Below are positions 1-13,599 of a stretch of 64,000 bases of DNA, one piece after another; within the stretch, counting starts at the first letter, position 1, and each line of letters starts with the position of its first letter. The translations under genes were made by a program, and so were the position numbers. Source of the DNA: Raillietiella orientalis. Taxonomy: Eukaryota. The stretch spans positions 4,278,001 to 4,342,000 of the forward strand of contig JAYWIR010000004.1 of assembly GCA_036172245.1 (NCBI GenBank), read 5' to 3'. The notes below the pieces were generated by a model. That model did no database searches, had not been told where the DNA came from, and was given only the letters and a program-made list of their open reading frames with translations.

Positions 1-559
1 TTTTTTTTTTTTTTAAAAAAAAAAAAAAAGCACATAATTTTCCTCTTCAATGGTCGTTAATTCTTTCTCTAAAATTACAGACTTCGATTTCTCTGTTTGC
101 TCTTTCCTTTGTTCTCATGCAAATTTGAAAATGTTTTGCAGCTTAGAAAGAACGCTTGCATTTGTTGCCCTCAAGGTACAAAGAGAATTCCCATAGTCTC
201 TTTGAGAGAAATCTTTCCCGTGCCGACGGTCCAGGTTAACCAAAATATGCCGAAATGTCAAATGGCGAATTGCGTCAAAAGCCAAAAAAATTCAACCCAT
301 CGGCGATTCGTCAAGATGTGCGAGCGTGTTCCTTTCTTCCTCTTTCTTTTTTCACTAAAAAACAATCATTCCTTTCATTCCTTTAAATACACTGGTCCAG
401 ATTCAAATGGACGCTTCATATCCGTGCTAACACAGGATTCTTCCGTGCCCTGAACACATTTTTTACCCAGAATCGGATGCGAAATGTTGAGTAGTCAAAA
501 GTGCGTGCCAACACGAGCCGGACTTCCGTGATCGCTTCTCCAATCTCTGGGATTTATAT

Positions 560-1700
560 GTATTTTCAAGGATATAGTATGACAAGGAGATAGGCGAGAA
601 ATGGGCTCCCATGATCACGAAAGAAGTGCAAATGTCTCTCAAAAAACAGCAAGTATCGAGGAATGACTCTCGGCTTTGCCTCCGAGGGAGGTCTGCCGTT
701 GTAGGAGCAACTTGGGCACGGGGAAGTGATGAAATGTACCGGGGAATGCAAGCATCCCAGGAGGCAGGAGGATGCGCGTCAGGAAGGAGGCGGTGTGCTC
801 GGACACCCAGCATTCCTCAGGTGTAGTGGAAACATCGGATGGGTAACCGCCCTTGGTGCGAGAATATCCGTGAATCACAGAGGAAGGAGGCACGGGCAAT
901 GGAGATTCTGGAGGCTTCTCCCCTTCATCTATCCATATCTATTTTGGGAACTACAAAGATAGCGGGGTCTCTGTTTTCCACAATCCGAGGATATTTTTTT
1001 ACATAAGGAAGAATTTCAATAACCTATCTTGGAGGAAATTTACCTCAAAAGAAGTCGCAAATGCTTGTGGAAAGTTCAGCGTTAGACATCGCCACGGCTA
1101 CGGAGTCATTCTTGACATGGTAATCAGATCACTGTCGTCACGACAATTTCTCTATCCCATGCGAGGAACTGGTTTGCTTGGCAACAGGATGTTTCCCGGA
1201 AGTACGAACCTAAGTGCTCATAAATTCTTTATGCATTCTGCAGCTGCGTACTCGGATGATGCCACCAGGTCCTTCATCTCCGTTAGGGATTTCAACTTTC
1301 CAGAACACCTAGGCTCAACTGCCGCTACCTTTTTTAAGATGCGGTGGCTTATCTATCACCGACAGAGAGATCTAATCGAGTCTGAGCTTCTGTTTCCCAC
1401 GGAATCTCGTTCCTCTTTTCATTAGCGAGAATTCTTTAGCAGCCCTGGTTCACGTCTGGCTTGAGCCAAGCGCTCGGAGCTTGGAAGGTGGGAGCTTTGA
1501 AAAAGTTCGATTGCTTCAGCGGAAGGAGCTTTCAGTGGAACCTCAGCGGCGGAAGAAAGGCCACACTGAGTGGAAGAGCGAAACAGATGGGATAGCGCGC
1601 CATCTTGAAAGTGGCCACCAGTCTTCACATATCCATGTTGCCGAGTCACACCAGTTTTCCTTTCTCCTTCCCCCCCCCACTCTCAGTTCAGGCGGCGGCT
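560..1700 (+). mobile_element. Degenerate Ty3/Gypsy integrase
   Basis: GHPAFLRCSGNIGW (~800; HPG zinc-finger-like), RSFISVRDFNF (~1270; ISDRD-like) and YHRQRD (~1355; YHPQTDG-like) occur in the expected order. Frameshifted. Confidence 0.65.
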
Positions 1701-2099
1701 GAATTTCACCAAGGCGGTCCCTGGTACGTCTGTTTGTCGATCTGGGGAGAGAGGAAAGCAACCAAGCGGTTGAAAGGGAGAGGAAGCCTTGACATGGCCG
1801 CCGCCGCGACTCGCGCAAGGGAAAGCGAGGAAGAGCGGCGAATAGACTCCGTTAGGCTGGAAGGAGACGTCTCCAGGAGAGAGGAGGAGATGAGATCACG
1901 ACGACAGTCGAGCTGCGCGTCGTCAGAAGAGAAGGAACAGCAACAGATCTTTTTTTTTTTTTTTTTTTTTTTACTTCCCCCTTCTCTTTATAGAAGAGGA
2001 CGATGTAATGAAATATGTTCTGTGTGTAGAAGAAGGTGGCTCTTTCTGCTCGTGAGGACTCTACGATGACCCGGCAACTCTTGCTTTGGTGGAAGCAAG

Positions 2100-5000
2100 C
2101 TCGGAAGAAATCCATTCATGGATTCCAACATTGGAAGGGGGGGAAGAAGGGGGTGGAAGAAAGTTTTCCGTCGGGAGGCGCGACTTGGACGGAATGACAC
2201 AAAAATGCCGTCGGCACAAAAGTCACTCTCTCAAGACGCTCGCAAGTGCTCCAAGGAGGAAGCGAACGCCTGCTCGGTTCTGATTTTAAAAGCGGAAACG
2301 CACGGGTGGATGACCCGAGTGCTCTGGCACGAGACCGACTCGAATTCAAACGAGATCCTGAATTCTGATGAGGGAGACGTAGGAAGCACGGAAACTCACA
2401 AGGAAGTAGGGGGGAGGAGGGCTTTGGAGCAAAGGACTGCTGTTACGATCTCAAGAGAGGATGCTCAAGATGTAAATGAAAGCGCCGGAAAGCGCCATCA
2501 CCATGTGAAACGGGAGCGATTCGCGGACGTCTGAAAGCAGGATCCCACGAACGACCGCAAAAGAGGCGGCGTCAAGCTACTGGTCGTGTGATGCGGCTGC
2601 TGATGAAAGGGCGTACAAAACGGTCACGACTACAAGGAAGACGAACCAAATGGACTAACCGTCGGCCGCTTCGCTCGCGGGCACGGCGCGCGTGCGCTCT
2701 CCACGAAGAAGACTCGCTGAATTCTCCAGCGCGTGAAATCAAAATACGCGGCAAGTCGCAATCGATGCGCCTTTTTACCCAGGGGAGCGCAGAAGGAAAC
2801 AGGTTTCCGTGGAGTCCCTTGCTGCGGCCCGATGGGACACAAGGAGCGATTGGGATTCCTCCTCCCCCCAAATCGCATCGCACCATTTCAAAGTCTGGTG
2901 GGTGTAAAGGGAAGTACGGCTCGTCAGGGCACGGCCATGCTTCTTTCGATCCCACAAATCCCAGCGCTCCCAGGGTGGCATTCAGTGGGCTGCCAAGGAT
3001 CGCCCCTCGAGTTCCTTCACGTCCCAAAGTTGCACGCGAAGGGAGCGCGGAGAGGTGTAAGCTGGCGAGATCGAGAGCGGCAATGGCATAAGGGCCGCCC
3101 GGGCGACAGAAGCGGGTCGATCGGTTAAGACATTTCCCACGCTGGAGCTTGGCCATACGTGTAGAGGATCAGAAAAGATCAGAGTGTCTACTGGAGGGTG
3201 GTATCCGGAAGATTCGACCCAGTGACTGAAACAGGTTCAATGTGGACCCAGAAACTCAAAGGGTTGGAAAAAGAAAACCCAAAGTTGGTAAAGGTGCACT
3301 CCAGAGCTGTTGGCGCACTTGAGAGTTCAGCGAGATGTTCAAATCATGGGAGATTCCAGTACGAATTCGAATGGAAGACTAAGAGACGGTGTTTCCTTGC
3401 AGACGATGGAGGAGCCGTCGAGCGGCTAACGCTTACGGAAAACCAAACCGAGCGGAGGAATTTCGAATGCTCTCAGCAGAGGCGAAGGACTCTCCGACAA
3501 GGAAGCCATGTCTTCGAGAACCAGTGCGGGTTGGCACGCTGGTTAAGGTGCGTGTCTGGCACACATGGAAGCGTTCAATTGAAATCAGTGACTCGGTGCT
3601 CTCTAGAGATGCTCGAGATGGATTCATTGCACGAGTGAGGAGACTTGCCAGAAGTGAAAACTGGAAAGCAGGAAGAAGAGGAAGGAAGGTATGTTTCCTT
3701 GCAAAAGCAGACGACAACCTCACGTTTCATGGCACCCATTCTCTTGCATTTGCGGATTGTCCCCTATTTCTATTTTTCCATTGCTTCCATTCGAGTTTGT
3801 GCTTCTTTGCTTCCAGAAAGTAACTGTTGTGAGTAGGTGGTCCTCTCAAACAGCCAAATTGGGAATTGGAGAATTTTTAACGAGGTACCTTATTTACATG
3901 CAGCTCAAGGGAACAAAAAAGAAAAAAAAACGTTACAAAATCACGTAAATTCAATTCACAGCTCGGGACTGACCAAAAGGAGGTCCGAAAAGGGCTGATG
4001 GTTCCATTCGGAAATGAGCTTCGGAAACTTCCGTGCGTCGTGGAAAAATGACTCGGGTAGCCATTTTTGGAAGCATTCCAGCAAGAAACCCGACGACTTG
4101 ATTGGAACTGGAGGCCGACAACCGCAGGAAACAGCAAACAACACGTTCTCTTGTTTACTTGTGAACATTCCTCAAAAGAACCCTCCCCTAGTCCTTGGGA
4201 TTCTCTCTGTGAGCAAAATGGAAAGAGGAAATTCCCCTCAAGCCAACTACGAAACCACGGTATTTTAGAGTTTCATGCACTGGTGGTCAGCTTGAAAATA
4301 AGGCTGCTTTGTTCATCGGAACGTTGTTTCCAGTGGGTGAACTTTCCATCTACTTGCTTTCCTGATTTCTCCAACGCGATTCCAAACAAAGTCAAGATTC
4401 CTTCTTTCTTTCTTTTTCTGAACAATTTTCAGTTTCTGGAGCTTTGTGCAGACCGGGAAGGGACACATGAATTTTCCTTATTATACGAAACGCAAGTTAT
4501 CACAATTGTACTGCCGTCATTCGTATAACTTCGAGAGGCAGTTGTATCCGGTGCTCCCAGTCACGTAAGCAAAGGCTGCTCCTAGATTATGATAGATGTA
4601 GGAATATGAAAGATGAGGTCTGGAAGGAAGAATATGTTTAGTGCAATAGAAATCCAGTCTAGATAGTAAGATAATCTAGTCCAGTAATGTTCCATAACAG
4701 ATTATCCCAATAATGTTCTATTGGCGCCTCAAATCACGAGGACTATTCTGAAAAATGGAGACTCGGTAGCCGCTAATCAGTCTATTTGGGGAACAGAATT
4801 GAAGATGAAGCGAGACCTGTGCTCCGGAATGAAGGGTAGCAATCACACTGTTTTGAGCACGCATCTGGAAGAGGCAATACAGAAGGAGGAAGAAAAACAT
4901 CGAGGGCTCGCTCTCCACTTCGTCTTCAGAGGAGCGTCCTCAACAGTGAGAACGCGCGTCGTGGGCTCCTTTAGAATTTGGAAACCGGACAAACCACTAA

Positions 5001-5400
5001 GTACTGAGATGACTGAGGGCTCCGAAGAGACAGGAGAAGCACATCAAAAAAAGAAATGGTGTGCTCGAACATCCAGTATTCCTCAGACGTATGTTGAGGC
5101 ATCAGCGTATCGCCTCTCGTATTGAACGCTCCCTCAAGACATGAAGGGAGAGCTGAAGAAATCTGAGAAAATGATGCAATTTCATTTCCTTGCATCCTTT
5201 TTTTTAACATGGATGAGAACAACGGGATGTGAATAAAATTTCATTGGAGCAGAACATCACTAAGACAGAACGTGGCCCGTGGAAGAGATCACCTCTCGAA
5301 TGAATTCAAAATACGAATTTAGGCGAATGGATACTCAGATCCTGAAAGAAAATTCGAAGAAAAGAAATTCACATGGGGAAATTCCAGCCGTGATCTCTTT
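2100..5400 (+). mobile_element. Degenerate Ty3/Gypsy gag-pol (RT, RNase H, integrase)
   Basis: Knuckle-like GRFARGHGARA (~2660); LLEGGIRK and WTQKLKGLEKENPK (RT N-terminus, ~3190-3290); RNase H QANYETT..LEFHALVVSLK (~4240-4300, resembling E.NYSTTE.E.LAVV.ALK); integrase-like H..G..T..R..W (~4920-4985). Confidence 0.65.
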
Positions 5401-5699
5401 AGCATCTTTCAGCCAGTTTCAATGAGCACCGAAAGAGAATTCTCTATGATTCTTTCTGTCTATAAGCCGCGAATAAATGAACACTGCAGTGCTTGGCCGG
5501 TCCAGATAAGAAGCGCTGCTTCCAGCCGAGGGCAATATAAGCGAATTCTGTAAATAAAAAATGACATACACACACACACACACATACAGGAGCAAACTGT
5601 TCGTATCTTCTAAAAAGGAGGTAATGAAAGGGATGAGGCTGAGTATGGAATGTGACGCCTTTTACAATGATGCTGGAATCAGTTAATGACATACCCAGT

Positions 5700-8600
5700 G
5701 TTGATCAAAGAATGAAAATCAATCAGCCTCAATGCTGGATCTTGGGAACGAACGAGTGACTTTCAGGAGAGTAGAAACCCCATTTGTTGAACCCCACGAA
5801 GGTGTGGATCCAATAGTCCAGCGTTCCAAGTGTTTTTCTTCGACGGATCTCTTTTTGTTTGTTTGTTTGTGATGCTGATTTTTCTCACATATCAGAAACA
5901 TCTACCAGGGGAAGGATGCTCAAAAAAACGGTTTCTCGTAATTTTAGGCAGTTCCTCTTCGTTTGAATCTTTGAAGGAGAGGTAGATTGCAGGGGATCGC
6001 ATTTTTCGTTTACGAAAGCACTACTCAAGGCTCTCAGTATAGAGCAGGGATACACGAACTCCATCCAGTCCAGATCTTTTAAACTGACTTTGTAATATAA
6101 TTAAAATGAAGTTACCGGCTATAAAATTCTGTTTCAATCAATAGATCAGATGGTGCTACAATCCGTTACAGCGTTGTTCTGGCAACTGATGTTGCCAGAA
6201 GATGGCTACATTAGCGACAATGAGAATGCGGCAGCAACATATCACTTAGTACGGGTGCATACACTCGCTTCAATTACTCCTTTTCCCTGTATTTGAAGAT
6301 GATTCACATGTTTCTTCTATCATGTCTTCATTAACATGTAAACACATATTTTTTATGAAGATATATCAGCAAAGAAACACAGTATCTATTCTCAATTCCA
6401 AGGCTAGTGGACAGGAAGGTGCGCTTTGGAAAGTGAATAAGTGTGGCCTTATGCAGCTATACGGTGCACCTACATTATGTAATCTTAAAAGATACAAGGA
6501 ATAGAAATCGAGTTTTCTTTGGCAGAAATGAAATAGAAAATGAGAAGTAGAAAAACATTTTAATAGCTGTTCAGGGTGTAGCTAATAAAGAATTGCATCC
6601 CTGAAGCGAACAACTCCTTTGAGAGATGGTTTACGAAATAGCCTTAACTGACAGATGATAGATAATGTACCAGTGATAGGTCCTCCATTTTCACATGGAG
6701 CCTTTTAAAAACTTTTTTTATTCTTGATATTTCTTTAAGCTCCATAGAAAACCGATAATGCATGTTCAATTAGAATGACAAAACAGTGCAGCACAGGAAA
6801 TCAACGCAAACAAAACGTGAATGGAAAACTGAACTTTTCCTATTTCTCTCTAATGACTGGGTTACGAATCCCCGTTGCGTTATTTATTAGAAGCTTCAAA
6901 ACGTTTCAGAGCAGCAGAGGAGGTATTAGTTCAATGTTCTTTTGAGGAATCAACAGCCAGATGTACTTCAACCAGTTCGACAAGCACAGTAAATTTAGAT
7001 TTGAAAAAAGAAAAAAAAAAAAAAATGATCTCATATCTATTCACCCCTGGTTTGGAAACAAGTCTTTGTTATCAAATGACGATCGTAATGATGACAGGTC
7101 ACTGATTGAGGTGGTTGTTTTCTATATATTGACCAAATTTATGCCTAAAGGATCAGGTTTCTGCCTCGCAATGAAAACACGAAATAGAGGATTTTGAACC
7201 TACAGTGACAAAGCACGTGAATAAGGAAAAGGCAGGTCAACTGCTGTATCTTTGAGCACTCTCTTGAAGAAGTGAGAGTAGGCTCATAGACCGAGCATGC
7301 CATTGATAAACTCTTGGTGAACGGAAGCGTATGTTTTGCAAGATGGGCGAATCTTCTGAAAGAAGTTCTGAGCAAAATGCCGATGATGAGGTTTTGAGCT
7401 GCAACGAGGTCTGAGTTTCTTGTCCTTTGTTAATAACTGGAGTACAAAATCACAGAGGAAACTTTACTGGAGGTCAATATGGTGGCTTCAAGGCACTGCC
7501 CAACAGGTTCAACTCCCAGTTGATTCCCAGCTTTGTCTTATTTGGATACATAAATAAATAGAAGAGGAATCTATCAGAAGCATGAGGACTGAGAATTAGC
7601 TGAATTGGTTACTTTTGAATGCCTCCTCTGTTTGGGTTTTGGTCATTCATCGCTAAACTCACCCACGTTGCTTCCTAGAAGCATAAGATTCAAGAATCTG
7701 GATGCAGATGACTATAAATAAATTCATTGGGTTTCTATGCTAAACAGAGTTCATTTTTCAAGTTAGGCTAATATACATAAACTAGTATACTTGCAGTGAA
7801 GTTAGTCAGTTCATCTGCAGAAAAACTAACATCCCCCATATCTCAAATCTACCTCTACAATCTAACTTGAAAAAGAAGTGAACTCTGTTCACTATAGGAA
7901 GTTAATGGGCACAGTCAAACGGATGTTGGTTATTTAGTATCTGTAAACTAATAGTTAGTAAACTAATAGGCACATTTAGATGAATTGTAGCAAACTAACT
8001 TTATTCATGTTACACAGATGTGCACCTTTTGACTGCAACTCGCAATTCTTCACAAATATTCCCCTATGGTTTCTTTACCCCAATATAACATATGCCTACT
8101 ATATCTATCAGTATTTCAGAGAGAACTACATTATCAGAAATGCAAAGTTTTTTGACTACAATTGTTATTGAAACTGTGAAAATAATAGATATCAGGAAAT
8201 ATCTTGTCTTGAATAGAAGCTTTTGCTAATCAGTACTTTTAGATGATTCTTTCAAGAATAAAATTCCAAGAGAGGATTCTTTTCCATCTTGTCCAATACC
8301 AGAAAATTCAGTGATCTATTGCAGTATTGTAATACCTGTAAACTACCTGCACCTCGATAAGGTACACTTTTCAGTGTCCAGTTTTTGCTTTGGTGTGGGT
8401 ACAGATTTTCACTCGAGTTCAGTATTTTTTGATCATGCAAAGGCTCTTGCTCTGAATTCCTCTTCGTAAACATACACACAGAGGTGCTCCTTGTATAAGT
8501 TAGCAACCCTGCATATGTCCGCTGATTAAAAAACATGCGAAACTGGGGAAAAAAAAGAAAGAAAGAAATTTAACTTCATCAACCAATCTAAACATGGTCT

Positions 8601-11600
8601 GAATGTACATGATGAGGTTCCAGGCCCATTTATGTACACTGATCTGTAAGTTCATTTGTTGGTACCTAAAAACTGAGTGAAAATTCATGAGCTAGTAGAA
8701 CTCTCAGGATATTCACCTCGTTCACTGGAACGTCTTTGAACATAAACACATTTGGACTATCCTGGCACGTGTAAAATTCAGTGATTAATCTGAGCACTCC
8801 AGACCAGGGGAATAAGGCTTCAGAGGAACTCAATTTTCATGAATACTAAAGATTTTAATTAGGTTAGAGATCTTCACAACATGTTCCAGCAATTGTGTTT
8901 GAACGTAGGAATGAATTAGCAACGTTTGCTCTTAATACGAATGTTCATACGAATGTACGCGTGTTATAAGTAGCTTTCCCGATAAGATCCAGAAATTCAT
9001 TTCCTTTATACAAGTTCTAGAGGCAAAACAGAATCAGATTCGCCGGCGCCTGCTAGTGAGGAGTATACGATGAGAAAGGGAATCGAGACTTAAGGGTGAT
9101 TTGCTCAGTTGATAGTTTTCGGGAAAGTTAGCTATTTGCATTTATTTATTGTTCTTTTGATTAATTAGGGGAAGATGCTGAAAAATTAAGCAACCTTCCC
9201 TCAATTTTCTTGATGGAGGGTTGCACACGTCTTCTAATCAACATTCGGCTTACAAAAGGGTTCAATGAGATTAAGTAAATTGCTGATTGGATATTTGAAT
9301 AGAAATCTGTAGTTAGATAGGATCCAGGCATAAATATGAGTTAGAATATGTTGATTTGGAATAGGTTGATTGATAAGCCTTGGAAAGTGGGAAATTTCAG
9401 GATGCTCTAATGTAGATTGAGTAAGATGTCTTTGAAGAGAAAATACTCGACGTCTTAGGAGATGCACTTAGACTTCCTAAGCGAATATGAAGCTGTTCTT
9501 TAAAAAATAAGTTATTACCTCAACTGAGTATTTGGTGATTATTTGTTCCCGGCTTAAAGTATCGTGAATACATGCAAACATAAGTTCTACTTGTGGGTAC
9601 CTTCAATACCGAGGCAAAACTAGAAGTTGATCACGGACATTCCGATATCAGTGAAATACGTGAATTCACTCTAAAATGTGACCAATCTTAATAAGATTCA
9701 ATGAAGCTGTTCAGAATTAGTGCGAGAAAAATTCATGGTTCCCTCTCATATAGAGAATAAAACGAAAATTAGCTCATCTTTGAGTACCTGGTAAGAATAG
9801 TATTATATTATTGTTTCGAAGAAACAGAGTTAATGATACGAGTTTGAAAGATGACTTTGATTTTCAGAACTTGAGCTCTGGCAGTTTGGGTAGAAATAAT
9901 TTGCCATCCTCAGCAAATAATATTTATGCAGTTTACTACCGCGATGCTGAATGCAGAAATGGTTCAGTGAGTGAATAAACTGGAATACCACGAAAGAAGA
10001 TCGGAGTATATCTAAGCAGAGTTAACAAATGTTTGCTGAAAACATCCAAAGTTAAGACGTTGTTAGAAATGTACCAGGCAGTTTCATGGCAACGTGATCA
10101 CTGTGAGATAAATTCATGTGCATGGCGACCATCGATACTGAACTTATTGGTCGTATAAAACAAGCATTATCATTTCCAATTTTAGCTTCATCTTCTCTCC
10201 AAACAAACTGTACTCCTTTCTAGTTATTCATGAATAATATCGCTATGAGGATAATCCCAGTTTCCACATTAACGAGCCTCACTAGAGAAATAAGAGTCAA
10301 TGTATCACGTTACTCATCCAAACAAAACTCTTCAAAACAAGCGGAACAAATCGCATATGACAACAAATCAGATAGAAGTACCGACATAAAACAAAAACTT
10401 TAAATACTTTCCACACAGGTTAACTTAATCCTAGACGGCTTATAGGGACGAAACAGCTTTAAGAAGGAAATATTAGAAGTGCTACGCCGCTTCGTACGTT
10501 ACTCATAAACCTCAAAAAAATGTTAGCAAATTCAACAAAAATCGCAACTAGGGAAACATTAGTCACTTTAGTCATTTCTTTTTTTTTTTCCAATCATGTA
10601 GGAGTCATTAGGCAGTTCCTTTTACGATAGTCAAACCCTCCACGTACACAAAACGACACAGCAATCATGATCAAAGAATTCCTTCTATTACACCTTTCTT
10701 AAGTGTCTCTCTGAGCATTGACCACTATTATTCCACAGCGTAGAGGCAAGACTTTGCCATCGTTTGCCAATGAATAATGAAACTTTTGGAAAAATTCTCA
10801 TATTCAACGATACCTGTTAGAATTTTGTCTAATGTAGGGAATCATTAAGCTGCCTCTCTTTTTCGTTCACCACTATTCACAGTCACCAAATTCAGTATTC
10901 CAAATGAGAGGATTTTATACTCAGCTTCACCAGCCGTAATTTAAGGAAGCACCTAACATGCGTGCCCTGTTCACATTGCATCTCTATAATCTTTCAAGCT
11001 CTGTCTCATTCCATGCTGATCTCATTAGCCAGCTAGCCGAGGAACCCTTAAAATTCAGGATAATTCTTATGAAGCAGTCTTCACAATGCCGTAAAATATT
11101 CATTTTGAAAACCAAAAAGAAGACGGAATTATAGCTGTTGGGTATCAAACATTAAGAGAATGATAATGATTTGAAAGGTCAGATCATGGGCAAAAAGATT
11201 TTCCAATAGAAAAGACACGTTTCAATCAGAACGAAATAGAAATGATATCACTGATGAAAATTCATGTTTGATTTGGTATCAGTTTCTCAACACACACTTG
11301 GCTCCAATCTAGTAAAAAAAAGTGGTTGAATTGGGTATGGGAAAATTCTGCATGCAAAAAATGGGAAGAGTATGAATTAGATTAATGACTAATGCTTGTC
11401 TTTGATGATTGTAAAGGGTATTTTTAAAAACAGATTCAAAACAAGTCTTATTTTAATTTATCATTTTGATATTCATGTTACATATTTAAGCAGTTTCACA
11501 TATCTTCTTATGATACAGTAATGCATTACTTGTATGGGGAGAATAACTTGAGCTGAGTCTGGTTGCTATGAGCAATAAAATCCATGAGGATAACTACACT

Positions 11601-12600
11601 TAGAGAGCAGGGACTGAAAAAATCTCACTAAATTTTGTCTTGCTGTTTTAGTAAAAAAAGTTAATCAACTACCAGATTTGCTATTTCTTCGTATTTGAAG
11701 GCTGACTGCATTGAGTCTTCTGCATTATAAGCAGGAAAATAGCAGCATAGCCTTCACACTCTGTAAGAAGTATGAATATCTATGAAGATCCTGGTGGGAG
11801 ACCAATGAAACGTGATGGTCTTAGCAAGCGAAATAAGAAAGTGATCTAAATAAGAGATAGGACCAGAAAACTGCAATTTCGCAGTTTCTGTTTCAACAGT
11901 AGTCTGTGGGATCCTCCAAAGACCATTAGAAAATGAGGCACTCAGAACGAAAGACAAAGCATAAGCTGGAAAATTTGTAATGAAATATAAGGATTGCAGT
12001 TGTTTCGTACTAACAAATGTTCTTGCAATTGCATCAGCCAAGAAATATGCCCTTTTCCTCTTTATTAAGAAAGTAACACTGTCAAGAAACAAGAGCTCTA
12101 GGGTAGAAAGCGAGAAGGTAGCATGAGAAAAATTTGAATAAGAGGGGTTGCATTGGAACTAGTACCAAAGGTTGTGCAGAACGGAAGAGTGATACAGCCC
12201 ACTTCTGACCCTATTAGATTGGACAAATGACCACTGTTAGTTCCATTTTGTACCCATTTTCTGCCATATTTGCCAATCAGTAGATCATACCGTCCAAGGT
12301 ACTTCAGAAAACTCGGTTCTTTTGCTTCGGAACGCTCTGGCAAAACTCCGAAAAGAGCATACCCCATCTTCTTACCTCCTATTTTGTCCTTTCAAGCTTT
12401 GCTCCACGTCCCCAGTTCCTCTTGGAATTTCTGAATATTTGCCTCTTTCTCCATTCAAGGTTGCAGTTCTGCTCTTGCTTGCGGGAAGCTTCCCGAAGAA
12501 TGCAGAGGAAGCCTGGTAGTGAAGAGCAGGGGTAATTCAAGGTATGCAGGGGAAGCATTTTTGTGGAATGGAAATTCAAAGCAAGCTATTGATGCAATCT
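5700..12600 (-). pseudogene. Endogenous negative-strand RNA virus L (RdRp-capping-MTase) gene, Mononegavirales/Jingchuvirales-like, degenerate
   Basis: Minus-strand motifs in L-gene order: LPLHTLNYP (~12530), LFGFQ..G (~11090-11120, GHP region), YMIGKKKKEMTK (~10570-10600, IG..KE+ELK), RF..LLT (~10530), QHRG..GWQII (~9900-9945, motif B), cga aac aat aat ata ata (~9810, decayed GDNQ), KIGHIL (~9680, motif D), MYSRYF (~9565), VPYRGAG (~8355, PYxG capping motif). Confidence 0.7.
7731..7901. repeat. Imperfect inverted repeat (MITE-like) within the L EVE
   Basis: aacagagttcatttttcaagttag (7743-7766) matches the reverse complement of ctaacttgaaaaagaagtgaactctgtt (7862-7889) with a 4-nt gap; weaker similarity extends about 12 nt outward. 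Confidence 0.6.
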
Positions 12601-13161
12601 ATTGAAACTGAAAAAAAGAAAAGTCTCCACTTGGAGATGTCCTAACTAAACATCTCATGGACTTGTAAAAAAATATACCAGGGTTCCCGGTGAGTGAACT
12701 TTAACCGGTAGAACTTTGGCACCGTTTAAATCGACTGAAGGAGTCATGAGATGGAAAATTTGCTTGCTTTTCTCCTTTCAAATAATCCCTTTCTGGAGTT
12801 CTCTATATGACTTCTAGAAGATTGAGCGTGGCATCGTCACTTATTGCACTTTGTACATAATTTCGATGCGCTCTCTATAGTTTTCGAATTTGCAAAGCCT
12901 TTTTTTTTGTTTGTTTCTATTTCTGCAGCTCGCAAATGCCTCATCGGCTGCAGCTTTTGAGAAATTAAGAGTCGTTTGCTATCCTGATTTATTGGTGAAT
13001 GGATCATTTCACGTGTTCTTATGGACCAATTCATTTATTCATTCTTTGGGCAGCTCAGTTTAACGATCAGACTCAGCGACGGCGCTGGCATTGCTATTCA
13101 TTACCACTAAGGCCTCCATTCTTTACAGTAATTCTATTTGCAAAATTATCTGAGGAAAACC

Positions 13162-13237
13162 AATGTTAAAAAAAAAAACACCTATATATATATATATATA
13201 GGTGTTTTTTTAACATTATATATATATATATATATAT
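13162..13237. repeat. (TA)n-centred palindrome plus second (TA)n tract
   Basis: aatgtt-A run-cacc-(ta)9-ggtg-T run-aacatt (13162-13217), followed by another (TA)n tract. Confidence 0.9.
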
Positions 13238-13599
13238 TAGGGAAGTCCTTTGTCTACTTTAATCCTTTTTCGGTTCGGATAGAAATCACTCAAAAATGAA
13301 GTACATATGAATTAAAATCCATCAAGTTTTTAAATAAATTGTAGGCTTTCAAACTTGAATTAAACTTTGGGGGGCGAAATTCTGATAGAACAGAATAATG
13401 TTTAGTTGGCTGTGAAAACAGAAAGTGACTTGCCCTGGACGGAAAAGCTCTGAATCTCTTCAAGGTTTGCAGTAGAGATCTACGTAGTTTGGCCTTTTGA
13501 ATGCACCCCATGAAAGGGGGTCTGACACTCGTGGTTCAGGAAATGGATAATCAGGTGATGGTTGTTTAAGAGACGAAATTTTGATAACAAAAGTACATT

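Noticed and set aside
1..29. T14-A15 palindrome at the window start
   Set aside because: Simple homopolymer juxtaposition, common here and truncated by the window edge.
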